From an uncultured Rhizobium sp. (GTDB lineage Bacteria > Pseudomonadota > Alphaproteobacteria > SMXQ01), in assembly GCA_964628235.1 (NCBI GenBank), contig CAZVLU010000009.1:17473-81472 (forward strand): a DNA stretch of 64,000 nt, in the 5' to 3' direction. The translations under genes were made by a program, and so were the position numbers. The first letter of the stretch is position 1; every line of letters starts with the position of its first letter. Shown here piece by piece: positions 1-9,153 of this stretch. The notes under the pieces are model-generated. The model was not told the origin of the DNA, did no database searches, and saw only the letters and a program-made list of their open reading frames with translations.

Positions 1-605
1 TCGGCTTCGTCTTTCAGCAATTCAACCTGGTCGAACGCCTGACCGTCGAGACCAACGTGCTGGTCGGGCTGCTCATCCGCGTGCCGCTGTGGCGCAGCCT
101 GCTGCGTTGGTTCACCAGCGCGGAAAAAGAGATCGCCTTCAACGCCCTGGCCCGCGTCGGCATCAGCGAATGCTGCCCGCAGCGCGCCGGCACCCTGTCG
201 GGCGGCCAGCAGCAGCGCGCCGCCATCGCTCGCGCCTTGGTGCAGAAGGCGGAAGTGATCCTCGCCGATGAGCCGATCGCCTCGCTCGATCCCGAATCTT
301 CGCGGCGCGTCATGGAGACGCTGGCGCGCATCAACCGCGAAGACGGCATCACCGTGCTCGTCTCGCTGCACCAGGTCGGCTACGCGACACGCTACTGCCC
401 GCGCGTCGTCGCGCTGCGCAACGGCGAGATCGTGTTCGACGGCCCGAGCGCGGCGATCACGCCGACCCTGCTCAGCGACATCTACGGCTCCGAGATCGAC
501 GCGATCGGCGACGAAGAATTCTCCGTCGACGACACGCGCCACGCCGCCCGTCCCGCCGCCGCGGCCTTCGCCGACAGCTTGTCCCTCGCCGAGGCGCGCG
601 CCTGA
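1..605 (+). CDS. phnC: Phosphonate ABC transporter ATP-binding protein PhnC (5' end outside window)
   Basis: In-frame from window edge: [23 protein letters not shown] signature [15 protein letters not shown], Walker B ILADEP, H-loop SLHQV. Followed by phnD and phnE. Confidence 0.85.
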   Translation, partial: GFVFQQFNLVERLTVETNVLVGLLIRVPLWRSLLRWFTSAEKEIAFNALARVGISECCPQRAGTLSGGQQQRAAIARALVQKAEVILADEPIASLDPESSRRVMETLARINREDGITVLVSLHQVGYATRYCPRVVALRNGEIVFDGPSAAITPTLLSDIYGSEIDAIGDEEFSVDDTRHAARPAAAAFADSLSLAEARA

Positions 606-683
606 CGCGCTCGGCAACCGCGTAAGTCGCCTACGCCCCTCACTTCGTCAACCCACGCCCCTAACCCTATGCAAGGAGCTTCC

Positions 684-1739
684 ATGATCCGCACCACGCT
701 CACGGCTTTCGGCCTGTGCGCCGCCGCCGCGCTCGCTGCCCCATCGGCCGCGACCGCCCAGCAAATGACCGAAATCAACTTCGGCATCATCTCGACAGAG
801 TCTTCGCAGAACCTGAAAAGCGTCTGGCAGCCCTTCCTCGCCGATATGGAGAAGAAGACCGGCATGAAGGTGAACGCCTTCTTCGCTCCCGATTATGCCG
901 GCATCATCCAGGCCCAGCGTTTCAAGAAGGTCGATGTCGCCTGGTACGGCAATAAAGCGGCGATCGAGGCCGTTGACCGCGCCGATGGCGAAGTGTTCGT
1001 CCAGAGCGTCGCCGCCAACGGCGACCCGGGCTACTGGTCGCTCATCTTGACCCACAAGGACCATCCGCTGGCCCAGATGGAGCCGGCAAAGTCGATGGGC
1101 GGCGGCGCCAAGTTCGACCCGAACACCTACAAGGGCTGCGAGCCCTGCATGGAGATGTTCTACAAGAACGTCGGCAATTACACCTTCGGCAACGGCGATC
1201 CGAACTCGACCTCGGGCTTCCTGGTGCCGGGCTATTACGTCTTCGCCCAGAAGAATCTCGATCCGAAGCAGGCGTTCAAGCGCATGGTCACCGCCAATCA
1301 CGAGACCAACGCTCTCGCCGTCGCCAACAAGCAGGTCGACGCCGCGACGAACAACACCGAATCGGTCGAGCGCATCAAGCAGAACTTCCCGGCGAAATAT
1401 GAAGAACTGCGGGCCATTTGGATCTCGCCGCTGATCGCGTCCGACCCGATCGTTTGGCGCAAGGATCTGCCGGCCGACGCCAAGGCCAAGATCAAAAACT
1501 TCTTCTTGAGCTATGGCACCACGGGCGTCGAGAGCGAGAAGAAGACCCTCGCCGCCTTGCAATGGGCGCCCTTCAAGGAATCGAGCAACAAGCAGCTCAT
1601 TCCGTTCCGCGAGCTCGATCTCGCCGCGCAGAAGACCAAGCTTGAAGCTTCGAGCATGTCGGCCGCCGACAAAGCCAAGGCGCTTGCCGAAATCGACGCC
1701 AAGCTCGCCGCGCTGAGCAAAGAAGCGATGACCAACTAG
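684..1739 (+). CDS. phnD: Phosphonate ABC transporter periplasmic substrate-binding protein PhnD
   Basis: Signal peptide MIRTTLTAFGLCAAAALAAPSAATA. PhnD/SsuA-type fold. Perfect SD AAGGAG 6 nt upstream of ATG 684 (alternative ATG at 669). Confidence 0.88.
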   Translation: MIRTTLTAFGLCAAAALAAPSAATAQQMTEINFGIISTESSQNLKSVWQPFLADMEKKTGMKVNAFFAPDYAGIIQAQRFKKVDVAWYGNKAAIEAVDRADGEVFVQSVAANGDPGYWSLILTHKDHPLAQMEPAKSMGGGAKFDPNTYKGCEPCMEMFYKNVGNYTFGNGDPNSTSGFLVPGYYVFAQKNLDPKQAFKRMVTANHETNALAVANKQVDAATNNTESVERIKQNFPAKYEELRAIWISPLIASDPIVWRKDLPADAKAKIKNFFLSYGTTGVESEKKTLAALQWAPFKESSNKQLIPFRELDLAAQKTKLEASSMSAADKAKALAEIDAKLAALSKEAMTN

Positions 1740-1829
1740 GTCGTTCGACTGCCTGACGAACGGGCGGCGCTCCGGCATCTCGGACGCCGCCCGTTTCACA
1801 TCAACGCCCTCGCGCAACGGAGACCGACG

Positions 1830-2639
1830 ATGACCGACAACGCTCAAGGCCTGCGGGCCGCGCCGACGCCGCCGACAGGCGCGCTGCGCAACTCCTTCAT
1901 CAAGACCTTGAGCTACGGCGCCGTCGGCGCGTTCCTGATCTGGAGTTGGCAGGGCGCGGAGATGAACCCGCTCGCGCTGGTCCGCGAGTCTGGCAACATC
2001 GCCGAACTGGCCGGCGACTTCTTCCCGCCGGACTTCACCGAATGGCGTTTCTACCTGCGCGAGATGATCGTGACGCTCCAGCTCGCCGTGTGGGGCACGC
2101 TGCTCGCCATCATTCTCGCCGTGCCGTTCGGCCTGCTCTGCTCGGCCAATATCGCGCCTTGGTGGGTTTACCAGCCGATGCGCCGCCTGATGGACGCTTT
2201 CCGCGCCATCAACGAAATGGTCTTCGCCATGCTGTTCGTCGTCGCCGTCGGCCTCGGGCCCTTCGCCGGCGTGCTGGCGCTCTTCGTCCACACCACCGGC
2301 ATTCTCGCCAAACTGTTCTCCGAGGCCGTCGAATCGATCGATCCTCGCCCGGTCGAAGGCATCCGCGCCACCGGCGCGCTGGCCATCGAAGAGATCATCT
2401 TCGGCGTCATCCCCCAGGTCATGCCGCTGTGGATTTCCTATTCGCTCTATCGCTTCGAATCGAATGTCCGCTCGGCCACCGTGGTCGGCATGGTCGGCGC
2501 CGGCGGTATCGGCGTCGTCATGTGGGAGGGTATCCGCGGCTTCTATTTCGCCCAGACCTGCGCCGTCATCATCATGATCATCGTCACCGTCAGCATCGTC
2601 GATCTGATCTCGGCGCAGATCCGCAAACGCTTCATATGA
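1830..2639 (+). CDS. phnE: Phosphonate ABC transporter permease PhnE
   Basis: PhnE-type permease with multiple TM segments and motif [14 protein letters not shown]...[23 protein letters not shown]. Confidence 0.88.
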   Translation: MTDNAQGLRAAPTPPTGALRNSFIKTLSYGAVGAFLIWSWQGAEMNPLALVRESGNIAELAGDFFPPDFTEWRFYLREMIVTLQLAVWGTLLAIILAVPFGLLCSANIAPWWVYQPMRRLMDAFRAINEMVFAMLFVVAVGLGPFAGVLALFVHTTGILAKLFSEAVESIDPRPVEGIRATGALAIEEIIFGVIPQVMPLWISYSLYRFESNVRSATVVGMVGAGGIGVVMWEGIRGFYFAQTCAVIIMIIVTVSIVDLISAQIRKRFI

Positions 2640-3142
2640 ACGTGCGAACTGCGGCGGATTTCGCCTTTCGCGCGATGAACGAGGCGGACATCGCCGCAGT
2701 CCGCGACCTGCATGCCCGCTCCTTTGCCGGCTTGGCGGGCGCGCAGCATACGCCAGCGGAAATCGCCGGCCATCTGGCGCTGATCGCAGACGAGCATTAC
2801 GCCGAGGAATTGCGCCGATGCCATGTCGGGCTGGCGCTCGACGGCGAGCAAATCGTCGCCACGGCGGGCTGGATCGAAGCTCAGGAGCAGATCGCCACCG
2901 CGCGCATCCGCAAGGTCTTCGTAGATCCCGCCATGGCGCGGCGCGGCCTCGGCAGCCGCATGGTGCGCCGCGCCGAGAGCGAAGCTTTGCGAGCCGGCTA
3001 TCGCCGTCTGATCGTGCGCGCCAACCTCAATGCCGTCTCGCTCTATGAAGCGCTCGGCTACATCGCCATAAGCGAAGCGCGCATGGCCACCCCAAACGGG
3101 GTCGAACTGCCGGTCGTCATGATGGAGAAGCCGCTCGGCTGA
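2636..3142 (+). CDS. GNAT family N-acetyltransferase inside the phn operon (PhnO-like by context)
   Basis: ATGA overlap with phnE stop. GNAT core [36 protein letters not shown]. Position between phnE and phnN. Confidence 0.7.
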   Translation: MNVRTAADFAFRAMNEADIAAVRDLHARSFAGLAGAQHTPAEIAGHLALIADEHYAEELRRCHVGLALDGEQIVATAGWIEAQEQIATARIRKVFVDPAMARRGLGSRMVRRAESEALRAGYRRLIVRANLNAVSLYEALGYIAISEARMATPNGVELPVVMMEKPLG

Positions 3143-3175
3143 CCGGCTGACACGTCGCTGTCATGCTCCTGTCCT

Positions 3176-3766
3176 ATGGTCGGAGCTTATCCACAGACGG
3201 ATTTTTCGGCTTTGCGCGGCATTCTTTTTCTCGTGGTCGGCCCGAGCGGCGTCGGCAAGGACAGCCTGCTCGATGGCGCGCGCGTCGCCCTGAGCGGCAA
3301 CAGCCGCTATGCCTTCCCGCAACGGATCATCACGCGCCCGGCCGATGCCGGCGGCGAAGCCCACCGCGCGGTCAGCGTTCAAGAGTTTGCCGAGATGCGC
3401 GCTGTCGGCGCCTTCGCTCTCGCCTGGTACGCCAACGGCTTGGATTACGCCATTCCGGCCGAAATCGATGCCGCGCTCGCCGATGGCCGCCATGTCGTCG
3501 TCAACGTCTCGCGCACCATCGTCGATGAGGCCCGTCGGCGTTATCAGCCGCTGCGCGTGATCGCCGTCACCGCGCCGGCAGACATCGTCGCCGCCCGCCT
3601 AGCCGGTCGCGGCCGCGAAAGCGCCGAACAGATCGCCGAGCGCCTCGCGCGCGGCGCGCTCGCCTTGCCGGAAGGACCCGATGTCGATGTCGTCGTCAAT
3701 GACGGCTGCCTTGAGATCGGCATCGCCCGGATGCTGGCGGCGTTACGCGCGCCGTCTATCGTCTAG
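3176..3766 (+). CDS. phnN: Ribose 1,5-bisphosphate phosphokinase PhnN
   Basis: Guanylate-kinase-like P-loop LVVGPSGVGKDSLL. 196 aa. phn context. Confidence 0.85.
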   Translation: MVGAYPQTDFSALRGILFLVVGPSGVGKDSLLDGARVALSGNSRYAFPQRIITRPADAGGEAHRAVSVQEFAEMRAVGAFALAWYANGLDYAIPAEIDAALADGRHVVVNVSRTIVDEARRRYQPLRVIAVTAPADIVAARLAGRGRESAEQIAERLARGALALPEGPDVDVVVNDGCLEIGIARMLAALRAPSIV

Positions 3767-3776
3767 GCCCCCTCGC

Positions 3777-4463
3777 CTAAGCCAGCGGAAAACGCCGCAG
3801 CAAGCGGAACGGCGCATCCCGGCGGGTTTGCGCGAACAGGCAAATCGTGTCGAGGCGCATCGCCTGCGACAGCAGCGGCTTGAGCAACTCAGCCAGCCCC
3901 GCTTGTAGCCGCTCGCTCTCCTCACCTGGCAGCGGATCGGTCAGCGTCATGTGATAGCGGTAATCTTGGAACACGTAAGGGTAGCCCCAGCGGTCGAGAT
4001 GGTCCGACTGGCGCGTGCTCAGGCCGGCGCGGCGTTTGGCCACCTGTTCGGGCGTCTCGGGCCGGCGAAATCCGTCGAAGGCCTCCACGCAATCGTTCGC
4101 CAGATCGCTGACGGCAGCAATCTCCATCGCCGGAACCAGGGCAAGAAAGCCGCCGATGCGCGCGAGCGTCAGCGGCAGATCGAAGGCACGGCGCGCGGCG
4201 GCGAAATCGGCGAGCGCGGCGGTCAGCTCATCGGCGCTCTTGCCGGCGGCCAGTTCGAATGGCGCTTTGAAGGTGCCATGAAAGCCATAATGGCGGGCGC
4301 GTTTGGTCAAGGCGTCCCAGCGCTCGGTCGTCAGGCCGGACACGACCGGCGGCGTCATGGCCTGTCCCGACTCGGCGTCATAGCCGAGCCATGCCGCGCC
4401 GAAGGCGGCGAGCGCGCTGCCCGCAGGCGGCGCAGCGTAGAGGGCGTATCGAGCGGCGGTCAT
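3777..4463 (-). CDS. DUF1045 / 2H-phosphoesterase-like phosphonate metabolism protein (candidate functional replacement of PhnP)
   Basis: Sits directly downstream of phnL on the same strand. Motifs HGTFKAPF and YRYHMTL. 2H-family assignment is from memory. ORF trimmed to ATG at 4463. Confidence 0.65.
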   Translation of the reverse strand: MTAARYALYAAPPAGSALAAFGAAWLGYDAESGQAMTPPVVSGLTTERWDALTKRARHYGFHGTFKAPFELAAGKSADELTAALADFAAARRAFDLPLTLARIGGFLALVPAMEIAAVSDLANDCVEAFDGFRRPETPEQVAKRRAGLSTRQSDHLDRWGYPYVFQDYRYHMTLTDPLPGEESERLQAGLAELLKPLLSQAMRLDTICLFAQTRRDAPFRLLRRFPLA

Positions 4464-4470
4464 GCGGCGT

Positions 4471-5169
4471 TTAAGCCGCGGCGCGGAATTGGTCCATGTC
4501 GAGCAGGCGGGTCGCCACCGCGTCGCGCACTTCGAGATCATGGAAAATGCCGATCACGGCAGCGCCCCGCGCCCAAGCGGACTGAATCAACTCGATCACC
4601 GTCTGGCGGTTGGCCGCGTCGAGCGACGCCGTCGGCTCGTCGAGCAGCAACACCGGGAACGGATGGACGAAAACCCGCGCGAGATTGACGCGCTGCTGTT
4701 CGCCGCCTGAAAAGGTGCTGGGCGCCAGATGCCACAGGCGCTCCGGAATCCGCAGGCGCGTCAGGATCGCTTTCGACGGCGGCAAAGGATCGCCTTTGAA
4801 GCCGGCGTTGCGCAGGGTGTCGGCGACGATCTCGATCGTCGGCACGCGCGGGATGACGCGCAGGAACTGGCTGACATAGCCGATGGTATTTTTCCGCAAC
4901 CGCAAAATTTCGCGCGGGCTGGCGCTGGCGAGATCGATCTCGCCTTCGCCCTGGCGCAGCACCATGCGGCCGGTCTCGGCGCCGTAATTGCCATAGAGCA
5001 GCCGCAGCACCGTGCTTTTTCCGATGCCGGAGGGACCGGACAAAGCGAGACATTCGCCGGCCGCGACCGAGAAGCTGAGCCCCTGCAACACCGGCAGCTT
5101 GACGCCGTTCTGCGTATGCAACTGGAACGTCTTGGACAGGCCGTCGACGCGGAGCGAGAGATTGTTCAT
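4471..5169 (-). CDS. phnL: C-P lyase complex ATP-binding subunit PhnL
   Basis: Walker A GPSGIGKST, signature FSGGEQQRVNLARV. ATGA overlap with phnK stop. Confidence 0.85.
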   Translation of the reverse strand: MNNLSLRVDGLSKTFQLHTQNGVKLPVLQGLSFSVAAGECLALSGPSGIGKSTVLRLLYGNYGAETGRMVLRQGEGEIDLASASPREILRLRKNTIGYVSQFLRVIPRVPTIEIVADTLRNAGFKGDPLPPSKAILTRLRIPERLWHLAPSTFSGGEQQRVNLARVFVHPFPVLLLDEPTASLDAANRQTVIELIQSAWARGAAVIGIFHDLEVRDAVATRLLDMDQFRAAA

Positions 5170-5975
5170 GGCGGCAATACCGAGGACACGAGAAGCTGGG
5201 TGTAGGGATGCTGCGGATCGTCGAGCACGCGGTCGGTCAAACCGCTCTCGACAACTTCGCCGTCTTTCATGACAAGCAAGCGATGGGCGAGCAGGCGCAC
5301 GACGGCGAGATCATGGGTGACGACGATGGCCGAAAGGCCGAGATCGCGCACCAGGCCGCGCAGCAAATCGAGCAGACGCGCCTGCACCGAGACGTCGAGA
5401 CCGCCGGTCGGCTCGTCCATGAAGACGAGGCGCGGCTTGGTCACCAGCACGCGGGCGATCTGCAGGCGCTGCTGCATGCCGCCGGAAAAGGCGGTCGGCC
5501 GATCGTCGAGCCGGTCGGCGGCGATCTCGACGCGGCCGAGCCAATCGGTCGCCGCGGCGCGAATATTGCCGTAATGACGGTCGCCCACCGCCATCAACCG
5601 CTCGCCGACATTGGCGCCGGCGCTGACCGCCATGCGCAAGCCGTCGCGCGGGTTTTGATGGACGAAGCCCCAGTCGGTGCGCAACAGCAGGCGGCGGTGC
5701 GCTTCTGAGGCGCGATAGACGTCGAGCGGCCCTTCGTGGCGCGTCTCATAGACGACCTCGCCGCCGCTCGGCTCCAACTTGCCCGACAGGCAATTGAGCA
5801 GCGTCGATTTACCCGAACCCGACTCGCCGACGATGCCGAGCACTTCGCCGGGCCATAGATCGAAGCTGATGCCGCGGCAGCCGAGGCGCTGGCCGTAATA
5901 GCGCGAAACGTCGCGCACGGTCAGCAGCGGCAGGTCATTGTCTTGCGAGGCCATATCCCGTTCAAGAGGGCTCAT
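5166..5975 (-). CDS. phnK: C-P lyase complex ATP-binding subunit PhnK
   Basis: Walker A GESGSGKST, signature FSGGMQQRLQIARVL, Walker B FMDEPTGGLD. Start set at ATG 5975, overlapping the phnJ stop as ATGA (ORF track extends to 6110). Confidence 0.82.
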   Translation of the reverse strand: MSPLERDMASQDNDLPLLTVRDVSRYYGQRLGCRGISFDLWPGEVLGIVGESGSGKSTLLNCLSGKLEPSGGEVVYETRHEGPLDVYRASEAHRRLLLRTDWGFVHQNPRDGLRMAVSAGANVGERLMAVGDRHYGNIRAAATDWLGRVEIAADRLDDRPTAFSGGMQQRLQIARVLVTKPRLVFMDEPTGGLDVSVQARLLDLLRGLVRDLGLSAIVVTHDLAVVRLLAHRLLVMKDGEVVESGLTDRVLDDPQHPYTQLLVSSVLPP

Positions 5976-6856
5976 TCGGCGGCGCTCCGGCTCATGGCGG
6001 CGCCCGGTTCGCGGCGGTCGCGGCAATAATCGGTGTCGGAGCAGACATAGAGCCGGCCGCCTTGGTCGTCGGTGACGATCTCGTCGAGAAAGCTCTCGTT
6101 CGAACCGCACAGGCCGCAGCTATGGGGCTGGCGGTCGATGCTGAACGGATGATCCTCGAAATCGAGGCTTTTCACCGGCGTGTAGGGCGGCACGGCGTAG
6201 ATCCGCTTCTCGCGCCCGGCGCCGAACAGTTGCAAGGCCGGCATGCGGTCCATCTTCGGATTGTCGAACTTCGGGATCGGCGACGGCGCCATGACGTAGC
6301 GGCCGTTGACCAGCACCGGATAATCGTAGGATGTCGTGATGCGGCCGTGGCGCGCGATGTCCTCATAGAGCTTCACATGCATGACGCCATATTCCGACAG
6401 CGCGTGCATTTTCTGCGTCTCGGTTTCGCGTGGCTCGAGGTAACGCAAAGGCTCGGGCATCGGCACCTGATAGACGATGATCTGGTCGTCGCGCAGCGGC
6501 GTCTCGGGGATGCGGTGGCGCGTCTGGATGACGCTGGCGTCCACCGTGCGCTCGGTCATGGCGACGCCGGCGGTGCGGTTGAAGAAGCGGCGGATCGAGA
6601 CGGCGTTGGTCGTGTCGTCGGCGCCCTGGTCGATCACTTTCAGCGTATCGTCCGAACCGACGATGGCGGCGGTGATCTGCATGCCGCCGGTGCCCCAGCC
6701 ATAGGCTAGCGGCATCTCACGGCTGCCGAAGGCGACCTGATAGCCGGGGATCGCCACAGCTTTCAGAATCGTGCGGCGGATCATCCGTTTCGTCTGTTCG
6801 TCGAGATAAGCGAAATTGTAGCCGGCGACACCGATTTGTTCGTCACGCTGCGTCAT
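5972..6856 (-). CDS. phnJ: Alpha-D-ribose 1-methylphosphonate 5-phosphate C-P lyase PhnJ
   Basis: Highly conserved PhnJ sequence including the C-terminal Cys cluster CGLCGSNESFLDE...VCSDTDYC. Confidence 0.92.
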   Translation of the reverse strand: MTQRDEQIGVAGYNFAYLDEQTKRMIRRTILKAVAIPGYQVAFGSREMPLAYGWGTGGMQITAAIVGSDDTLKVIDQGADDTTNAVSIRRFFNRTAGVAMTERTVDASVIQTRHRIPETPLRDDQIIVYQVPMPEPLRYLEPRETETQKMHALSEYGVMHVKLYEDIARHGRITTSYDYPVLVNGRYVMAPSPIPKFDNPKMDRMPALQLFGAGREKRIYAVPPYTPVKSLDFEDHPFSIDRQPHSCGLCGSNESFLDEIVTDDQGGRLYVCSDTDYCRDRREPGAAMSRSAAE

Positions 6857-7955
6857 CGGCCGCCTCCTTGGATGCCGCGCGGGCCGCGACCTTGGCGCGC
6901 ATGTCGCGCACCGACAGCAGCTCGGACTGGAAATCGATGTAATGCGGCAATTTCAAATGCTGCACGAAACCGGAGGCTTCGACGCTGTCGGAATGGGCCA
7001 GCACGAATTCTTCGTCCTGCGCCGGGGCGGTAATGTCTTCGCCCAATTCCGTGGCGCGCAAGGCGCGGTCGCACAGCGCCATGGCCATGGCCTTGCGCTC
7101 GCAATAGCCGAACGTCAGGCCATAGCCGCGCGTGAACTGCGGCGGCTTGTCGGCCGAACCTTTGAACTGCGTGATCATCTGGCACTCGGTGACGGTGATG
7201 TCGCCGATCTCGACGGCGAAGCCCAGTTCCTCCGGCTCGATGCTCACGGCGATGTCGCCCATGCGGATCTCGCCGGCGAACGGATGGTTGCGGCCGTAGC
7301 CGCGCTGCGTCGAATAGGCCATCGACAGCAAGAAACCCTCGTCGCCACGGGCTAGGTTCTGCAGGCGCACATCGCGCGACGCGGGAAAGCGCAGCGGTTC
7401 GCGCGTCAAGTCGCCGGGCGCTTGTCCGTCGAGCTCGCCGTCGCCTTCGATCAACCCCTCGTGGCCGAGAATATCGGTGATGCGCGGCAAGGACGCGGCG
7501 TCCGCCAAGGGCGCGGCGTCAGCTTGACCGACAGTCTCTGAGGAAACTTCGTCCATCAGCGCGAAATCGAGCAGGCGATGGCTGTAATCGAAACTCGGCC
7601 CGAGGATTTGCCCGCCCGGAATGTCCTTGAAGGTCGCCGAAATGCGCCGGCGCACCGTCATAGCCGTCGTCTCCAGCGGCGCGGTGACGCCAAAGCGCGG
7701 CAACGTGGTGCGATAGGCGCGCAGCAAGAACACCGCTTCGAACAAATCTCCACACGCTTGCTTGATCGCGAGGGCCGCCAAATCGGCGTCGTAGAGCGAG
7801 CCTTCGCACATGACGCGATCGACCGCCAGACGCATCTGCTGCTTGATCTGCGCCACTGAAAGCTCCGGCACGACGGGATCGCCGCGCCGTTCGCGCGCGA
7901 GCTGCTCGAGCGACGCGTCGATCGCCTGTTCGCCGCCTTTGACCGCGACATACAT
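6843..7955 (-). CDS. phnI: C-P lyase core complex subunit PhnI
   Basis: MYVAVKGGEQAID... PhnI family, 370 aa, overlaps phnJ start. Confidence 0.9.
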   Translation of the reverse strand: MYVAVKGGEQAIDASLEQLARERRGDPVVPELSVAQIKQQMRLAVDRVMCEGSLYDADLAALAIKQACGDLFEAVFLLRAYRTTLPRFGVTAPLETTAMTVRRRISATFKDIPGGQILGPSFDYSHRLLDFALMDEVSSETVGQADAAPLADAASLPRITDILGHEGLIEGDGELDGQAPGDLTREPLRFPASRDVRLQNLARGDEGFLLSMAYSTQRGYGRNHPFAGEIRMGDIAVSIEPEELGFAVEIGDITVTECQMITQFKGSADKPPQFTRGYGLTFGYCERKAMAMALCDRALRATELGEDITAPAQDEEFVLAHSDSVEASGFVQHLKLPHYIDFQSELLSVRDMRAKVAARAASKEAADDAA

Positions 7956-7958
7956 GGC

Positions 7959-8549
7959 TTAGTCCTCCACCTGCGTTGTGCGCGGCAATGCGGCAAGCGC
8001 CGACCCGGCGGAAAAAATGATATCGAGGCCGCGCGGGAACAGCACGCAAGCGGCGGCGCGCTCGACCCAGAACGCATCCGTCGGCCCTTCAATGGCGAGC
8101 AACGCCGTGCCGTCGATGCCGGGGCCTGACAGCCGCTTGCCCCGTCCTGCCGCAAGCCCTGCGACCTGCAAAATCAGCGTCGTCGAGCGCTCGGGCATTT
8201 CATCGCTGCCGAGCGCGAAGCCGTCGAGCGCCGGCAACGCGTTGCTGTCCGTGACCAGGGCGAAGGCCGCCTGATCCGGCGTCGCGGCGAAGGGGCAGCC
8301 GGCATGAAAGGCGAGCCAGGCGCGCGTCTCGGCGATGTCGGCGCCAGCGAGCCAGAGCGGCGTCTCGAAATCGAGCAGCGCCAAGCAGACGGCGGCGGTC
8401 GCCGGATGCAGCGCTGCAGGCATTTCCGGTGGCGCTGGCGGCATGACGAGCCGGCCAGGCCGCGACATGGCATCGAGCAGCGCGCGGAACACCCGCTGGC
8501 TGTCATGCACGCTGTCGTCGAAGCCGGCTTTCAGCGCGACTTGGCTCAT
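7959..8549 (-). CDS. phnH: C-P lyase subunit PhnH
   Basis: Start MSQVALKAGFDDSVHDSQRVFRALLDAMSRPG (typical PhnH N-terminus). ~197 aa. ORF trimmed to ATG 8549 abutting phnG stop. Confidence 0.85.
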   Translation of the reverse strand: MSQVALKAGFDDSVHDSQRVFRALLDAMSRPGRLVMPPAPPEMPAALHPATAAVCLALLDFETPLWLAGADIAETRAWLAFHAGCPFAATPDQAAFALVTDSNALPALDGFALGSDEMPERSTTLILQVAGLAAGRGKRLSGPGIDGTALLAIEGPTDAFWVERAAACVLFPRGLDIIFSAGSALAALPRTTQVED

Positions 8550-9037
8550 TTCGCATCCTCGCCGCGCTCTAGCGCGAAAAAGTTCACCTTGGTGCGCTCG
8601 GCGTCGCCTTGCATCGTCGCCTTGCGCTGCGCTTGCGCGTCGGCGAGCGGCCCGATGACGCTGGCGAGCAAGCTGTCCTGACGCGCGCCGTCCTGCAGCA
8701 AGCCGTCGAACACCGCCGCCAACTCGCATTTGCGCCCGTCGCGTCCCGCGATATAGCCGAATCCCGTAGCGCCGAAGCCGCCCTGACCATCGGCGAGCTG
8801 CGCTGCGCAGCGCGTCACCGCGATTTCGCCAAGATTGAAAGCGCCGCCGGCGCCGCCGACGCGGCCGCGCGCCATCACCAGACCGATCTCCGGCTTGCGC
8901 AACAGGCGATAGGCCGGTTTGTCGGTCAGCGCCGCCCAGGCAGCCTCAAGTTCGCTGATTTCGGCGCGCGCCAGAACCGCCATCCAGCGCTGGCGGGCGG
9001 CAATCTCGGGGGCAGGCGTTACGGCGGCAGCAGACAT
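8546..9037 (-). CDS. phnG: C-P lyase subunit PhnG
   Basis: First gene of phnGHIJKL. 163 aa from ATG 9037. Alternative ATGs at 9052 and 9058. Confidence 0.78.
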   Translation of the reverse strand: MSAAAVTPAPEIAARQRWMAVLARAEISELEAAWAALTDKPAYRLLRKPEIGLVMARGRVGGAGGAFNLGEIAVTRCAAQLADGQGGFGATGFGYIAGRDGRKCELAAVFDGLLQDGARQDSLLASVIGPLADAQAQRKATMQGDAERTKVNFFALERGEDAK

Positions 9038-9153
9038 GATACGCAGGTCCATATTCATATAGACATCTAAACGTCTAGGGCATAACTTAACCCCATTCGT
9101 AGCCCTAGTAAACGACAGCACTGTGAATTCTAAATGACGGGACTAGACAACCT
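9038..9153. promoter_or_regulatory. phnG/phnF divergent promoter region with HutC-like half-palindromes (TAGAC motifs)
   Basis: AT-rich spacer. Motifs aGTCTAGgg at ~9072-9080 and ACTAGACA at ~9142-9149 resemble the GT-N-TA-N-AC consensus of HutC-family operators. Confidence 0.35.

Noticed and set aside
648-2291. 547-aa minus-strand ORF overlapping phnD/phnE
   Set aside because: Antisense to two well-supported genes. Arg/Gly/Ala-rich translation typical of stop-poor frames in high-GC DNA.
9100-9130. Possible Pho box in phnG-phnF spacer (ACAGCACTGT region)
   Set aside because: Only one 6/7 CTGTCGT half-site. No properly spaced second repeat.
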